A stretch of DNA of 64,000 nt. Origin: Pseudomonadota bacterium (GTDB lineage: Bacteria; Bdellovibrionota_B; Oligoflexia; Oligoflexales; CAIMVM01). A program made the translations under genes and the position numbers. The notes beneath the pieces are model-generated. The model ran no database searches and was not told the DNA's origin. It was given only the letters and a program-made list of their open reading frames with translations. Below are positions 35,593 to 45,122 of this stretch, piece by piece. Every line of letters begins with the position of its first letter. Position 1 is the stretch's first letter. The stretch covers positions 160,001 to 224,000 of the forward strand of contig JBAXBA010000001.1 of NCBI GenBank assembly GCA_037142195.1, written 5' to 3'.

Positions 35593-37035
35593 ATGATTGC
35601 TATTAAAAACTATATTTCTGGATGTTTTGTCGAGCCAAAGACCGGGAACTATTTAGAAGTTATCAATCCAGCGACAGAAAAAATCATCGCTCGGGCACCT
35701 GATAGTGGTCCCGAGGACGCAGACGCTGCAGTTCAAGCGGCTCAAGAGGCTTTTGACGGTTGGGCTAAAACACCGACAGAAACAAGAGCAAAAATTCTTC
35801 ACAATATTGCAAATCTTATCGATTTACATCGAGAGGAGCTCGCTAAACTAGAAGCGCTTGACAGCGGTAAGCCCTATTCCTTGGCCTATGAAAAAGAAAT
35901 TCCAAGGGCCGCGCAAAACTTTAGGTATTTTGCTTCGGCGATTTCTACGGGACAAAGCGAATGTTTTCCTATGGGAGAACAGGGTTTTAATTATGTGTTA
36001 AGGCCCGCACTGGGACCTGTGGTCTGTATTTCTCCGTGGAATTTGCCACTCTATTTGTTTTCTTGGAAGATAGCCCCCGCACTTGCAGCAGGGTGCACTG
36101 TCATTGGTAAACCATCCGAACTGACCCCCTTAACGGCGTTTAAACTTTCTGAAATTTGTAAGGAGGCAGGGCTGCCGCCTGGCGTACTCAACATAGTTCA
36201 CGGCTATGGTGCCAAAATAGGCGAAGCCCTCACCCGAAACCCGGCAGTTAAAGCGATTTCTTTTACTGGGGGTACAGAGACAGGCAAAAAAATAATGGGG
36301 GGAATACGGGATAAATTTCTGCCTGTGAGTTTAGAACTTGGCGGAAAAAATCCAGCTCTCGTATTTAAAGACTGTGATTTAGAACTTACAGTAAACGAGT
36401 TGATTCGCGCTTCGTTTACGAATTCTGGGCAAATATGCCTTTGCGCAAGTCGACTCTACATTGAAGAGCCGATTTACGAGGCGTTCAAAAGGCTCTTCTT
36501 AGCAAAAGCAAAAATGCTTTCTGTAGGCGATCCTTTTCAGACAGAAACAGCCCTTGGGCCTTTAATCAGTAGGGAACATCGACTTAAAGTTAAAGGCTTT
36601 GTCGATCGGGCCGAGCAAAACCAATGTTCCCTACTTTTAGACGGGCGAAGCAAGATGTCCCACATGCAGGGCCAGGGTTTCTATTTTGGCCCTACGATTA
36701 TTGAGGGAGCAGCGCTAGAAGATCCCATAAACCAGCAGGAAATTTTTGGACCGGTAGTCACTCTTGCTTCTTTTAAAGATTTTGATGAGGCGATTAGGTA
36801 TGCTAATGGCACCCCCTATGGACTAAGCGCCACGGTCTGGACCAAAGATTTAAGTACCGCTCACAAGGTGGCCTACCAGCTCGATGTCGGGATTGTATGG
36901 ATTAACTCTTGGATGGTCAGAGATCTTCGCACTCCTTTTGGAGGCATGAAGGCCTCCGGACTTGGCCGCGAAGGCGGCAATGAGGCCTTAAAATTTTTCA
37001 CAGAAACTAAAAACGTTTTTGCAACTTTTCCATAA
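35593..37035 (+). CDS. 2-aminomuconate/2-hydroxymuconate semialdehyde dehydrogenase (ALDH8-like)
   Basis: SPWNLPLYL, LELGGKNP, GQICLC and WMVRDLRTPFGG; cluster context. Confidence 0.88.
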   Translation: MIAIKNYISGCFVEPKTGNYLEVINPATEKIIARAPDSGPEDADAAVQAAQEAFDGWAKTPTETRAKILHNIANLIDLHREELAKLEALDSGKPYSLAYEKEIPRAAQNFRYFASAISTGQSECFPMGEQGFNYVLRPALGPVVCISPWNLPLYLFSWKIAPALAAGCTVIGKPSELTPLTAFKLSEICKEAGLPPGVLNIVHGYGAKIGEALTRNPAVKAISFTGGTETGKKIMGGIRDKFLPVSLELGGKNPALVFKDCDLELTVNELIRASFTNSGQICLCASRLYIEEPIYEAFKRLFLAKAKMLSVGDPFQTETALGPLISREHRLKVKGFVDRAEQNQCSLLLDGRSKMSHMQGQGFYFGPTIIEGAALEDPINQQEIFGPVVTLASFKDFDEAIRYANGTPYGLSATVWTKDLSTAHKVAYQLDVGIVWINSWMVRDLRTPFGGMKASGLGREGGNEALKFFTETKNVFATFP

Positions 37036-37067
37036 TCGCAGCAAATCAAGAGACAAAGAGGGTTCCA

Positions 37068-37505
37068 TTGGAAACTAAAGTAGACAAAATTATCGATTCG
37101 TTAAAAGCCCCCGAGCCCGTGGGACTGTATCCCCATGCCCGCAAAGTGGGAGGGCTTTTGTTTTTGTCGGGAGTGGGACCTAGAGAAAGGGGAAGTAAAC
37201 AGATTCCAGGAGTCACTCTTGGAGATGACGGATCTATCCTTTCTTATTGCATAGAAACACAGTGCCGTAGTGTTTTTTCAAACGTCCGTTTGATATTGGA
37301 GGAAGCCGGATCGAGTTGGAATGAACTCGTGGATGTAACTGTTTTTCTGACCAATATGAAAAACGATTTTCCTATTTATAATCGAGTTTATGCAGAATTC
37401 TTTAAAGACGCCCTCCCCTGCAGAACCACGGTCGAAGTAAACGCCCTCCCTACCCCCATTGCCATTGAACTCAAATGCATTGCGACCATTAAGGAAGGCA
37501 AATGA
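37068..37505 (+). CDS. RidA-family 2-aminomuconate deaminase
   Basis: PVGLYPHAR, LFLSG and PCRTTVEVNALPTPIAIELK; cluster context. Confidence 0.82.
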   Translation: METKVDKIIDSLKAPEPVGLYPHARKVGGLLFLSGVGPRERGSKQIPGVTLGDDGSILSYCIETQCRSVFSNVRLILEEAGSSWNELVDVTVFLTNMKNDFPIYNRVYAEFFKDALPCRTTVEVNALPTPIAIELKCIATIKEGK

Positions 37506-37557
37506 ACCCCGTATTTGATACTACGAAAAATCAAACCTTTCTTGGGAGCGAAAGCCT

Positions 37558-38085
37558 ATGATGCCACCCATTCATTTTCAAAAATGGGCAGAAGAAAACC
37601 GAGATCTTTTGCGACCGCCCGTTGGCAACAAGATGTTGTTCAAAGAAAATGGCTTTATTGTCATGGCGGTTGGCGGACCCAATTCCCGCACAGATTTCCA
37701 CTATAACGAAGGTCCTGAGTTTTTCTATCAAGTAAAAGGAAAGCTAATACTTAGGATTTGTGAGAACGATAAAATCTCAGATGTAGTGGTAAATGAGGGC
37801 GAAGTGTTTCTTCTTCCCCCCAAAACCCCCCATAGCCCCCAACGGGAAAAAGACTCTGTAGGACTCGTTTTAGAGCGGTCACGCCTGGAAAATGAGCGCG
37901 ACGGCTTGCTTTGGTATTGTGAATCTTGCAGCTTTCTACTTTATGAGAACTATTTTAAATTAAATAATATTGAAACCGATTTCCCCCCTGTTTTTGACGC
38001 ATTTTACGCAAGTATCGAACACAGAACGTGCCGAAAATGTGGAACGATTCACCCGAGTTCAAAAAAGAGATCCGATGAAAATTGA
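37558..38085 (+). CDS. nbaC: 3-hydroxyanthranilate 3,4-dioxygenase
   Basis: PPVGNK, VGGPNSRTDFH, PHSPQR and a rubredoxin-like CxxC...CxxC site. Confidence 0.96.
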   Translation: MMPPIHFQKWAEENRDLLRPPVGNKMLFKENGFIVMAVGGPNSRTDFHYNEGPEFFYQVKGKLILRICENDKISDVVVNEGEVFLLPPKTPHSPQREKDSVGLVLERSRLENERDGLLWYCESCSFLLYENYFKLNNIETDFPPVFDAFYASIEHRTCRKCGTIHPSSKKRSDEN

Positions 38086-39094
38086 CATTCATGCCCATGT
38101 GTTGCCTCGCGATCTTCCTGACTTTAATCGAGAGTTCGATGAAGGTGGATTTATTTCATTAGAAAAGTATACCGATACCTACGGCGAAGAAAAAGTCAGG
38201 ATGATGAAAGAGGGAAAACTTTTTCGTGAGGTTTCTAAAAACTGCTATGATTCGAAAGCAAGGCTCTCTGATTTAGAAAAAGCCAACGTTGACGTTCAGG
38301 TTTTATCTACAGTTCCGGTCATGTTTCACTATTGGGCTAAAGATGAACATGCCTTGGAAACCTCCAAGTTTCTAAATGATGATCTTGCTAAAGTGGTTTC
38401 AGAGTACCCGAAACGCTTTTTAGGTTTAAGTACTGTTCCCCTTCAAAATCCCAAGATGGCGGCGAGAGAGTTAGAGAGATGCACCAAAAAGCTAGGTCTG
38501 TCAGGCGTGCAAATTGGATCCCACATTGGTGAGGTGAATCTGGATCACGAGTCCCTGTTTCCTTTCTATGAAGCGGCTCAGGATCTAGGGGCCGCCATCA
38601 TGGTTCACCCTTGGGACATGATGGGTAAAGAAACCATGAAAGACTATTGGCTTCCCTGGCTTGTAGGCATGCCAGCAGAAACCACGAGGGCGATGTGCTC
38701 CATGATATTTGGTGGTATTTTTGATAAATTTCCGAGACTCAAGGTATTGTTTGCTCATGGTGGCGGCGCTTTTGCTCATACCATAGGAAGGATTGAGCAT
38801 GGATTTCATGTCAGACCGGATCTGTGCCAGATTCGCACAAAAAGAAGTCCTAGAGACTATTTAGGCTCTTTTTACGTGGACTCCATAACCCACGATCCCA
38901 AAGCACTCATGACAAATATAGAGCTTTTTGGTCTAAGCTCCATCGCTCTAGGCTCAGATTATCCCTTCCCTCTGGGGGAGGCGCAAGCTGGCAGGATGAT
39001 TGAAAGTATGAAATTTTCGCCCGACCACAGAGAAAGACTTTTATGTGGCACGGCCTTAGAGTGGCTTTCTCGATCAAAAGAGGAATTTATTTGA
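38075..39094 (+). CDS. nbaD: 2-amino-3-carboxymuconate-6-semialdehyde decarboxylase (ACMSD)
   Basis: IDIHAH, VHPWDM, WLVGMPAET, AHGGG and GSDYPFPLGE. Confidence 0.93.
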   Translation: MKIDIHAHVLPRDLPDFNREFDEGGFISLEKYTDTYGEEKVRMMKEGKLFREVSKNCYDSKARLSDLEKANVDVQVLSTVPVMFHYWAKDEHALETSKFLNDDLAKVVSEYPKRFLGLSTVPLQNPKMAARELERCTKKLGLSGVQIGSHIGEVNLDHESLFPFYEAAQDLGAAIMVHPWDMMGKETMKDYWLPWLVGMPAETTRAMCSMIFGGIFDKFPRLKVLFAHGGGAFAHTIGRIEHGFHVRPDLCQIRTKRSPRDYLGSFYVDSITHDPKALMTNIELFGLSSIALGSDYPFPLGEAQAGRMIESMKFSPDHRERLLCGTALEWLSRSKEEFI

Positions 39095-39876
39095 TGGATA
39101 TTATCGGAGTGGTTGGGGGTAGATCTTTTAAACTTCTTTATCCAGGTATAGAGATATCGATTCTTCAGTCTTTTAACGAGGATCAGCCAGGGCATTTTGG
39201 AGCTCAAAACGCGAGGGCTAAGCCCTTAAAGGTCGAAGGATTTACGGGCAATACAGACGAAGGTGGTTCTTGTAATGTCTATGAACTTTCCATGATTCCC
39301 CATTGTAATGGAACCCATACGGAAACGCTGGAACATATAGAGAAGCAAGCTGTTTTTCCATTTCAGTGCTTAAATCAGCCTTTTTATCCTGGACGAGTTG
39401 TTACGATACCTCTTACCTCAGATCTTGAACTCGAAACCTATCAAGGCCATCAGGCGGGAGATGTTGTCGTAACCAAAAAAAATCTGTTAAAGGCAGGACA
39501 CTGGTACTCGGGATTCATCGAAGGCGGCGCCGTTGTGATTCGAACCAGTCCCAATCTGGAATCAAAGAAGACAGCGAAGTGGGACATCACCCAGCCAGCG
39601 CCATTTTTTACCGAGGAAGCTCTGCAGTTTCTAGGTGAATTGCCATTTAAACATTTGATCGTCGATTTTCCATCCTTGGATCGCACTCACGATGAAGGGC
39701 GACTTAAGAATCACCGAGAGTTTTTTAAAGATAGATCACGAACGGTAAGTGAAATGGCCTATGTGCCAGATAGCGCTAAGGATGGAAATTATTTTATTTC
39801 CCTTCAAGTGCCTTTGTTGTCCTTAGATGCTGTGCCATCAAGGCTTGTATTGTATCATGCAAAGGAGATCATTTGA
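39094..39876 (+). CDS. Cyclase-family hydrolase, probable kynurenine formamidase
   Basis: PHCNGTHTE, VDFPSLD and DAVPSR; TGATG coupling to ACMSD. Confidence 0.78.
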   Translation: MDIIGVVGGRSFKLLYPGIEISILQSFNEDQPGHFGAQNARAKPLKVEGFTGNTDEGGSCNVYELSMIPHCNGTHTETLEHIEKQAVFPFQCLNQPFYPGRVVTIPLTSDLELETYQGHQAGDVVVTKKNLLKAGHWYSGFIEGGAVVIRTSPNLESKKTAKWDITQPAPFFTEEALQFLGELPFKHLIVDFPSLDRTHDEGRLKNHREFFKDRSRTVSEMAYVPDSAKDGNYFISLQVPLLSLDAVPSRLVLYHAKEII

Positions 39877-41147
39877 GTCAGAACCTAATGGGTCGAGCTA
39901 AGACATTAGACAAAAACGATTCTTTGAGCCACTTCAGAGAAAGATTTTTTATTCCACCCCATGACGATGGGAGTGAAAGCATATACCTATGCGGAAATTC
40001 CCTTGGGCTTCAGCCAAAACACACTTCGGATCTTTTGGCGGAAGAAATGCAAAAATGGCGAGAATTTGGGGTAAAGGGCCACTTTTTAGGAAAAAGGCCC
40101 TGGATGCCTTTTCACAAAGAGTTGACCCATGACCTTGCGGATCTGGTGGGGGCCCTACCCAGCGAAGTCGTCGCCATGAATTCGCTTACGGTGAACCTTC
40201 ATCTTCTCATGATCAGTTTTTATAGACCGACAAAGAACAGGTTTAAGATTCTTTTAGAAGACAAAGCCTTTCCATCAGACCATTTTGCCATTGAGTCTCA
40301 AATTCGCCTTCACGGCAATGATCCTGAAGCAGGAATGATTATGATCAAGCCTGAAGAGGGTGAAAACTTGCTCAGAATAGAAAAAATCTGGGAAGCCATT
40401 GAGACCCACAAAGACTCCTTGGCGCTGATATTATTGCCAGGAGTTCAGTATTATACAGGCCAGCTATTTCCGGTCGCTCAAATTACGGAAAGAGCTCGCA
40501 AGTATGGGATCACAGTAGGATTTGATTTGGCGCATGCGACGGGAAATGTACCCCTTCACCTTCATAGAGATGGAGTTGATTTCGCAGTGTGGTGTCACTA
40601 CAAATATTTAAATTCAGGACCAGGCGCCACGGGCGGGGCTTTTGTTCACGAAAGGCATCACCAAGATAAAAACCTACCACGGCTCACCGGGTGGTGGGGA
40701 CACAATCAAGACACAAGATTTAAAATGGAAACGAGCTTTGATCCCATGAAGTCGGTGGAAGCTTGGCAGCTGTCTAACCCACCGATTCATTCCCTTATTT
40801 GTATCAGGGCTTCGTTAGACCTTTTTAGAGAGGCCGGTGGTATGGAGCCCTTAAGAAAGAAATCATTGGCATTAACTGGTTTTTTAGCGGAGCTTTTAAG
40901 GGAAAGACTCGCAGACAAAATAACCCTAATCACCCCATCGGAACCGAGTGAGAGGGGGTCGCAGTTGTCCCTTCAGATTCGGCCCGGTAAAAAATTGCCA
41001 AAACAGGTATTTGAAGATCTTGAAAGCCGTGGAATCGTTTGCGACTGGCGCTATCCCAATGTGATACGAGTAGCTCCTGTGCCGCTTTACAATTCGTTTC
41101 TTGATGTAGCAAATTTTATTGAGCGCTTGGAAGAGGTGACAAAGTGA
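39873..41147 (+). CDS. kynU: Kynureninase
   Basis: YLCGNSLGLQP, MNSLTVNLH, FDLAHA, YKYLNSGPG and GWWGH. Confidence 0.96.
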   Translation: MSQNLMGRAKTLDKNDSLSHFRERFFIPPHDDGSESIYLCGNSLGLQPKHTSDLLAEEMQKWREFGVKGHFLGKRPWMPFHKELTHDLADLVGALPSEVVAMNSLTVNLHLLMISFYRPTKNRFKILLEDKAFPSDHFAIESQIRLHGNDPEAGMIMIKPEEGENLLRIEKIWEAIETHKDSLALILLPGVQYYTGQLFPVAQITERARKYGITVGFDLAHATGNVPLHLHRDGVDFAVWCHYKYLNSGPGATGGAFVHERHHQDKNLPRLTGWWGHNQDTRFKMETSFDPMKSVEAWQLSNPPIHSLICIRASLDLFREAGGMEPLRKKSLALTGFLAELLRERLADKITLITPSEPSERGSQLSLQIRPGKKLPKQVFEDLESRGIVCDWRYPNVIRVAPVPLYNSFLDVANFIERLEEVTK

Positions 41148-42511
41148 ATTCAAGTCGTAACTTAAAAATCGTATTGAGTGGTGGCGGGCTAGTGGGTTCA
41201 CTTCTGGCACTTCTCCTCGGTAAAAAGGGCTATGCCGTAGAAGTCTATGAAAAACGTGACGATATTAGGGCATCTCATTCTTCGGCAGGGCGTTCTATAA
41301 ATCTTGCTTTGGCCAATCGGGGAATAGCTCCTTTGATTAAGGCAGGAATCATGGATGAAGTTGAAAAGATCATTTTGCCCATGCGTGGTCGGATGATTCA
41401 TGACTTGGCAGGACAAGCCAACTTTCAGGCCTATGGACAAAAGCCAGAAGAGGTTATCTATTCTGTATCTAGGTTGGATCTAAATAGGTTGCTCATGACA
41501 GCAGCTGAAGCCACTGGAAACGTGACTTACATTTTTGATGCCGAGGTTACCGAAGTAAATTTAAAGGGACGTTCTTTTCGGTACAAAGATCGCATCGGCA
41601 AAGCGCAGCAAGTCGAATATGATTTGCTGATTGGAACGGATGGCGCTGGTTCAGAAGTGAGACGGGCAGTGCTCAGTCAAAAAGGCAGTGAGTTAAATTC
41701 AGAACTTTTGGATCATTCCTATAAAGAGCTTTTGATTAAGAGCGGACCTGAAGGCGGTTTTTTGCTAGATCCAAAGGCTCTTCATATTTGGCCACGGGGT
41801 GAGTATATGATGATTGCCCTTCCCAATCCTGACGGATCTTTTACAGCCACCATGTTTTTGCCTCGCACGGGTCCTGTTAGTTTTGAGGCTCTCGACACGG
41901 AAGCTCGCGTAGAGGATTTTTTCACAGAGAATTTTCCTGGTATAAAAAGCCTTGTGCCGGATCTCGTGACTTCGTTTTTAAAAAATCCCCTTGGCAGCCT
42001 AGGAACGGTCAAATGCTATCCTTGGTCCTATGAGGGCTCAGCGCTTCTTATGGGTGATGCTGCTCATGCCATTGTTCCCTTTCATGGTCAAGGCATGAAC
42101 TGTGGATTTGAGGACTGTGCGGCATTTGACGAGCTACTGGAAACTGAGTCCGTAAAGACAGATGCCGACTTACAAGCGCTTTTACTCAAGTTTCAAGATC
42201 TAAGAAAGCCTAATTCCGACGCCATTGCAGATCTAGCCTTAGATAATTATATTGAAATGCGCTCTAAGGTTGTAGACCCTAGATTTTTAGTAAAAAAGAA
42301 AATGGAATTTGAACTCGAAAATTTGTTTCCTGATGTTTTTATTCCCAGGTACTCACGAGTTATGTTTCAACATATTCCTTATAAAGACGCCAAGCTTTTT
42401 GGTGAAATTCAAGAAGAGATTTTAGAGCAACTTTATGATGACTATGTTAAGGATCAAAGGATACCAGTTCAAAAAGCTCAACAGTTAGTTCAAGCAAAAC
42501 TGCAAAATTAG
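41144..42511 (+). CDS. kmo: Kynurenine 3-monooxygenase
   Basis: GGGLVG, GRSINLAL, LHIWPRG, GDAAHAIVPFHGQGMNCGFED and NYIEMR. Confidence 0.95.
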   Translation: MNSSRNLKIVLSGGGLVGSLLALLLGKKGYAVEVYEKRDDIRASHSSAGRSINLALANRGIAPLIKAGIMDEVEKIILPMRGRMIHDLAGQANFQAYGQKPEEVIYSVSRLDLNRLLMTAAEATGNVTYIFDAEVTEVNLKGRSFRYKDRIGKAQQVEYDLLIGTDGAGSEVRRAVLSQKGSELNSELLDHSYKELLIKSGPEGGFLLDPKALHIWPRGEYMMIALPNPDGSFTATMFLPRTGPVSFEALDTEARVEDFFTENFPGIKSLVPDLVTSFLKNPLGSLGTVKCYPWSYEGSALLMGDAAHAIVPFHGQGMNCGFEDCAAFDELLETESVKTDADLQALLLKFQDLRKPNSDAIADLALDNYIEMRSKVVDPRFLVKKKMEFELENLFPDVFIPRYSRVMFQHIPYKDAKLFGEIQEEILEQLYDDYVKDQRIPVQKAQQLVQAKLQN

Positions 42512-42710
42512 TAAAAACTTGGTGTTTCCTATAATTTTCTTTGGTGCTTTTGAAATTTGCTAAAACACCGTGAAGCTCAGGTCATAAGCCCCCAAAAATA
42601 AAATGAACTTTACCTATTTTACGGCCTGCTTGGGCCGCAAAGTATCCGGGTTCATTTAATAATTGGCATAGACATTATATAATGGATCTTAAGTCACATC
42701 GAAAGATACC

Positions 42711-45041
42711 ATGATTAAAAACGTCTCTAAAAAATACGAATATCTTTTTGCAGCTCTAAGCATGATTTTTGGGCTTTATTTGGCGGCAAGTTTTTTAAGC
42801 TTTTCTCCTCGAGATGATAGCTTCTATTCCGTTAGCTTTCCTGAGGTTGCGATTACGAAAAATTTGGGCGGCGCTCTCGGGTCAGAGTTGGCAGCGCACG
42901 GTATTTTCCAGCTAGGATTAGTCGCTCCTTTAGTCCCTCTTTTCTTTATGGGAATGTCGATGATTCTCGCTAAAGACCTAAGAAGGGTGAAAGCGATATT
43001 TCTGTTTTGCCTCTATTTTCTGACTACTTGCATGTTGTTGATGTATTTTGTAAGCCTTCTCAACATTCCTCTTCAAATTGACGGGGTCTCCTTTATGCCC
43101 GGAGGTTGGCTCGGGCGGTCTCTCAATCATAGTCTTGAAAAAACTTTCGGGAAGTCACTCTTCTTGGCTGTAGGCCTAGGAGCGATGCTGCCCGCCATTT
43201 TCCCTTACTTGAATCGGTATTTTCTCTGGTTCAGAGACAGATGCCGAGAAAAAATAGGCGAAGTTCTGCGAGCCATGAGACATAAAAAAGGAGATCTCAG
43301 ACTTACCGAGGCGCCCCTAATTGGTAACACATCTCTACCGATAGAAGACTGGGAGTCCTCTGTTCCGAAAGGCTTTCCGATTAAGGAGGCCTCTGAATCA
43401 AGTGTCGCAAGCATAGAATTTTCTAGCCAATCTGAGGAAGTTCTATCCCATTCTGATTTTTCTGAATCTGCAGATTTTAAGTTTGAAGGGAAAGACTCTA
43501 CACCGATCATTCATGGAGATGAAGGTGGGGACATTAGCGGTCCCGTAAATATAGTGGATCGGCTTTATAAGTTTCCTGATTTAGACGTTTTTAAGCGCCA
43601 TGTTTCTAGCCAAGCTCAGGGAATAACGCCGCATGAACTTAAGAGAATGGATGAGCTCCTGATTAAGACTTTAGGTGATTTTGGCATTAAAGCGGAAGTG
43701 ATTGGTCATCAGACCGGACCAGTAGTAACGGTTTACGAAGTTCGGCCAGAGGCAGGAGTAAAGCAGGCGCGTCTTCTTGGACTTGCGGATGATTTGGCCT
43801 TATCTTTGAAAGCGGATAGTTTATTGATTCAGCCTATTCCTGAAAAAAGCGCCCTTGGAATTCAAGTTCCCAATCAGACTCGGCAAGATGTATTGATGGG
43901 CGAACTTTTAGAGCATCCCACATTTAGCCGCCTTACTTCTACTTTGTCCTTCGTCATCGGAAAGTCTATTTCGGGACAGCCCGTCTATGCAGATCTTGGC
44001 GGGATGCCCCACCTCTTGGTGGCGGGATCCACTGGATCTGGAAAATCGGTGGGCATTAACACTCTCATTACGTCTCTTTTGACCAGGTCTAGTCCTAAAG
44101 ATGTGCGCATGATACTTGTGGATCCCAAAATGTTAGAGCTCTCTGTTTATGAGGGCATACCCCACCTTTTAATGCCCGTGATCACTCAGCCAGAAAAAGC
44201 AACTTCGGCCCTGCGTTGGGCGGTTCACGAGATGGAACGTAGGTATAGAGTCATGCAGCAAATGCAAGTTAGAAATATTGCGGCATTTAATCAGGCTTGG
44301 CTCGATGCGAAAGAGGAAACCCGCTCTCTTATAAAAGCTCAGCTCAAAGATGATGAGATTGATACATTGCCTTATATCGTTTTAGTTATCGATGAATTGG
44401 CGGATTTGATGATGACGGCACCAAAGGAGATTGAATCCATTATACAGAGGCTGGCACAAAAAGCTCGTGCCTCGGGCATACATATGGTTTTGGCTACTCA
44501 GAGACCATCTGTAGACATCATAACAGGGGTGATCAAGGCGAATTTACCTTCAAGAATAGCCTTTCAAGTGGTTTCCAAGCACGATTCCCGAACGATTCTA
44601 GATCAGATGGGTGCAGAGAAGCTTTTAGGTAAAGGCGATCTTCTTTTGCAAAGGCCAGGTTTAAATAAACTAGAACGGATTCAAGGCGCTTATGTATCCG
44701 ATAGTGAGGTCGTAAACTTTGTGAAGTCCATAAAAGATAGGAACCAAGCAAAATATGATCAAAATCTTATCGAGTGGGTGGAGCGAGAAGCAAGTCAAGA
44801 TTCGACTGCGGATAAGAACGGAGATGACTTTGGTGAGGACCTTATGTGGGATGGCGCACTGGAAATTGCCAAGAGCCAAGGTCAAATTTCTGCATCTTTT
44901 CTGCAGCGTCAGCTGAAGATTGGCTACAATCGCGCCGCTCGAATCGTCGAACAAATGGAAAAAATGGGCCTAGTGGGAAAAGCCGACGGCTCAAAGCCGC
45001 GCAAATGGTTAGGACAGACCGGCCAGCCAGGTCTTTTCTAA
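42711..45041 (+). CDS. ftsK: DNA translocase FtsK
   Basis: N-terminal TM domain, PHLLVAGSTGSGKS, IDELADLMM, ATQRPS and gamma domain IGYNRAAR. Confidence 0.97.
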   Translation: MIKNVSKKYEYLFAALSMIFGLYLAASFLSFSPRDDSFYSVSFPEVAITKNLGGALGSELAAHGIFQLGLVAPLVPLFFMGMSMILAKDLRRVKAIFLFCLYFLTTCMLLMYFVSLLNIPLQIDGVSFMPGGWLGRSLNHSLEKTFGKSLFLAVGLGAMLPAIFPYLNRYFLWFRDRCREKIGEVLRAMRHKKGDLRLTEAPLIGNTSLPIEDWESSVPKGFPIKEASESSVASIEFSSQSEEVLSHSDFSESADFKFEGKDSTPIIHGDEGGDISGPVNIVDRLYKFPDLDVFKRHVSSQAQGITPHELKRMDELLIKTLGDFGIKAEVIGHQTGPVVTVYEVRPEAGVKQARLLGLADDLALSLKADSLLIQPIPEKSALGIQVPNQTRQDVLMGELLEHPTFSRLTSTLSFVIGKSISGQPVYADLGGMPHLLVAGSTGSGKSVGINTLITSLLTRSSPKDVRMILVDPKMLELSVYEGIPHLLMPVITQPEKATSALRWAVHEMERRYRVMQQMQVRNIAAFNQAWLDAKEETRSLIKAQLKDDEIDTLPYIVLVIDELADLMMTAPKEIESIIQRLAQKARASGIHMVLATQRPSVDIITGVIKANLPSRIAFQVVSKHDSRTILDQMGAEKLLGKGDLLLQRPGLNKLERIQGAYVSDSEVVNFVKSIKDRNQAKYDQNLIEWVEREASQDSTADKNGDDFGEDLMWDGALEIAKSQGQISASFLQRQLKIGYNRAARIVEQMEKMGLVGKADGSKPRKWLGQTGQPGLF

Positions 45042-45076
45042 ACGAGAGGACTTTGGTTTCCATGGGAGATTTTTTT

Positions 45077-45108
45077 AAGACTTCTTATTAAAACTTCTTA
45101 TTAAAACT
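45077..45108. repeat. Short tandem repeat, ~2.5 x 13 bp (AAAACTTCTTATT)
   Basis: AAGACTTCTTATT AAAACTTCTTATT AAAACT, between the convergent ftsK and GT genes. Confidence 0.7.
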
Positions 45109-45122
45109 AGGTCGAAAGGATT

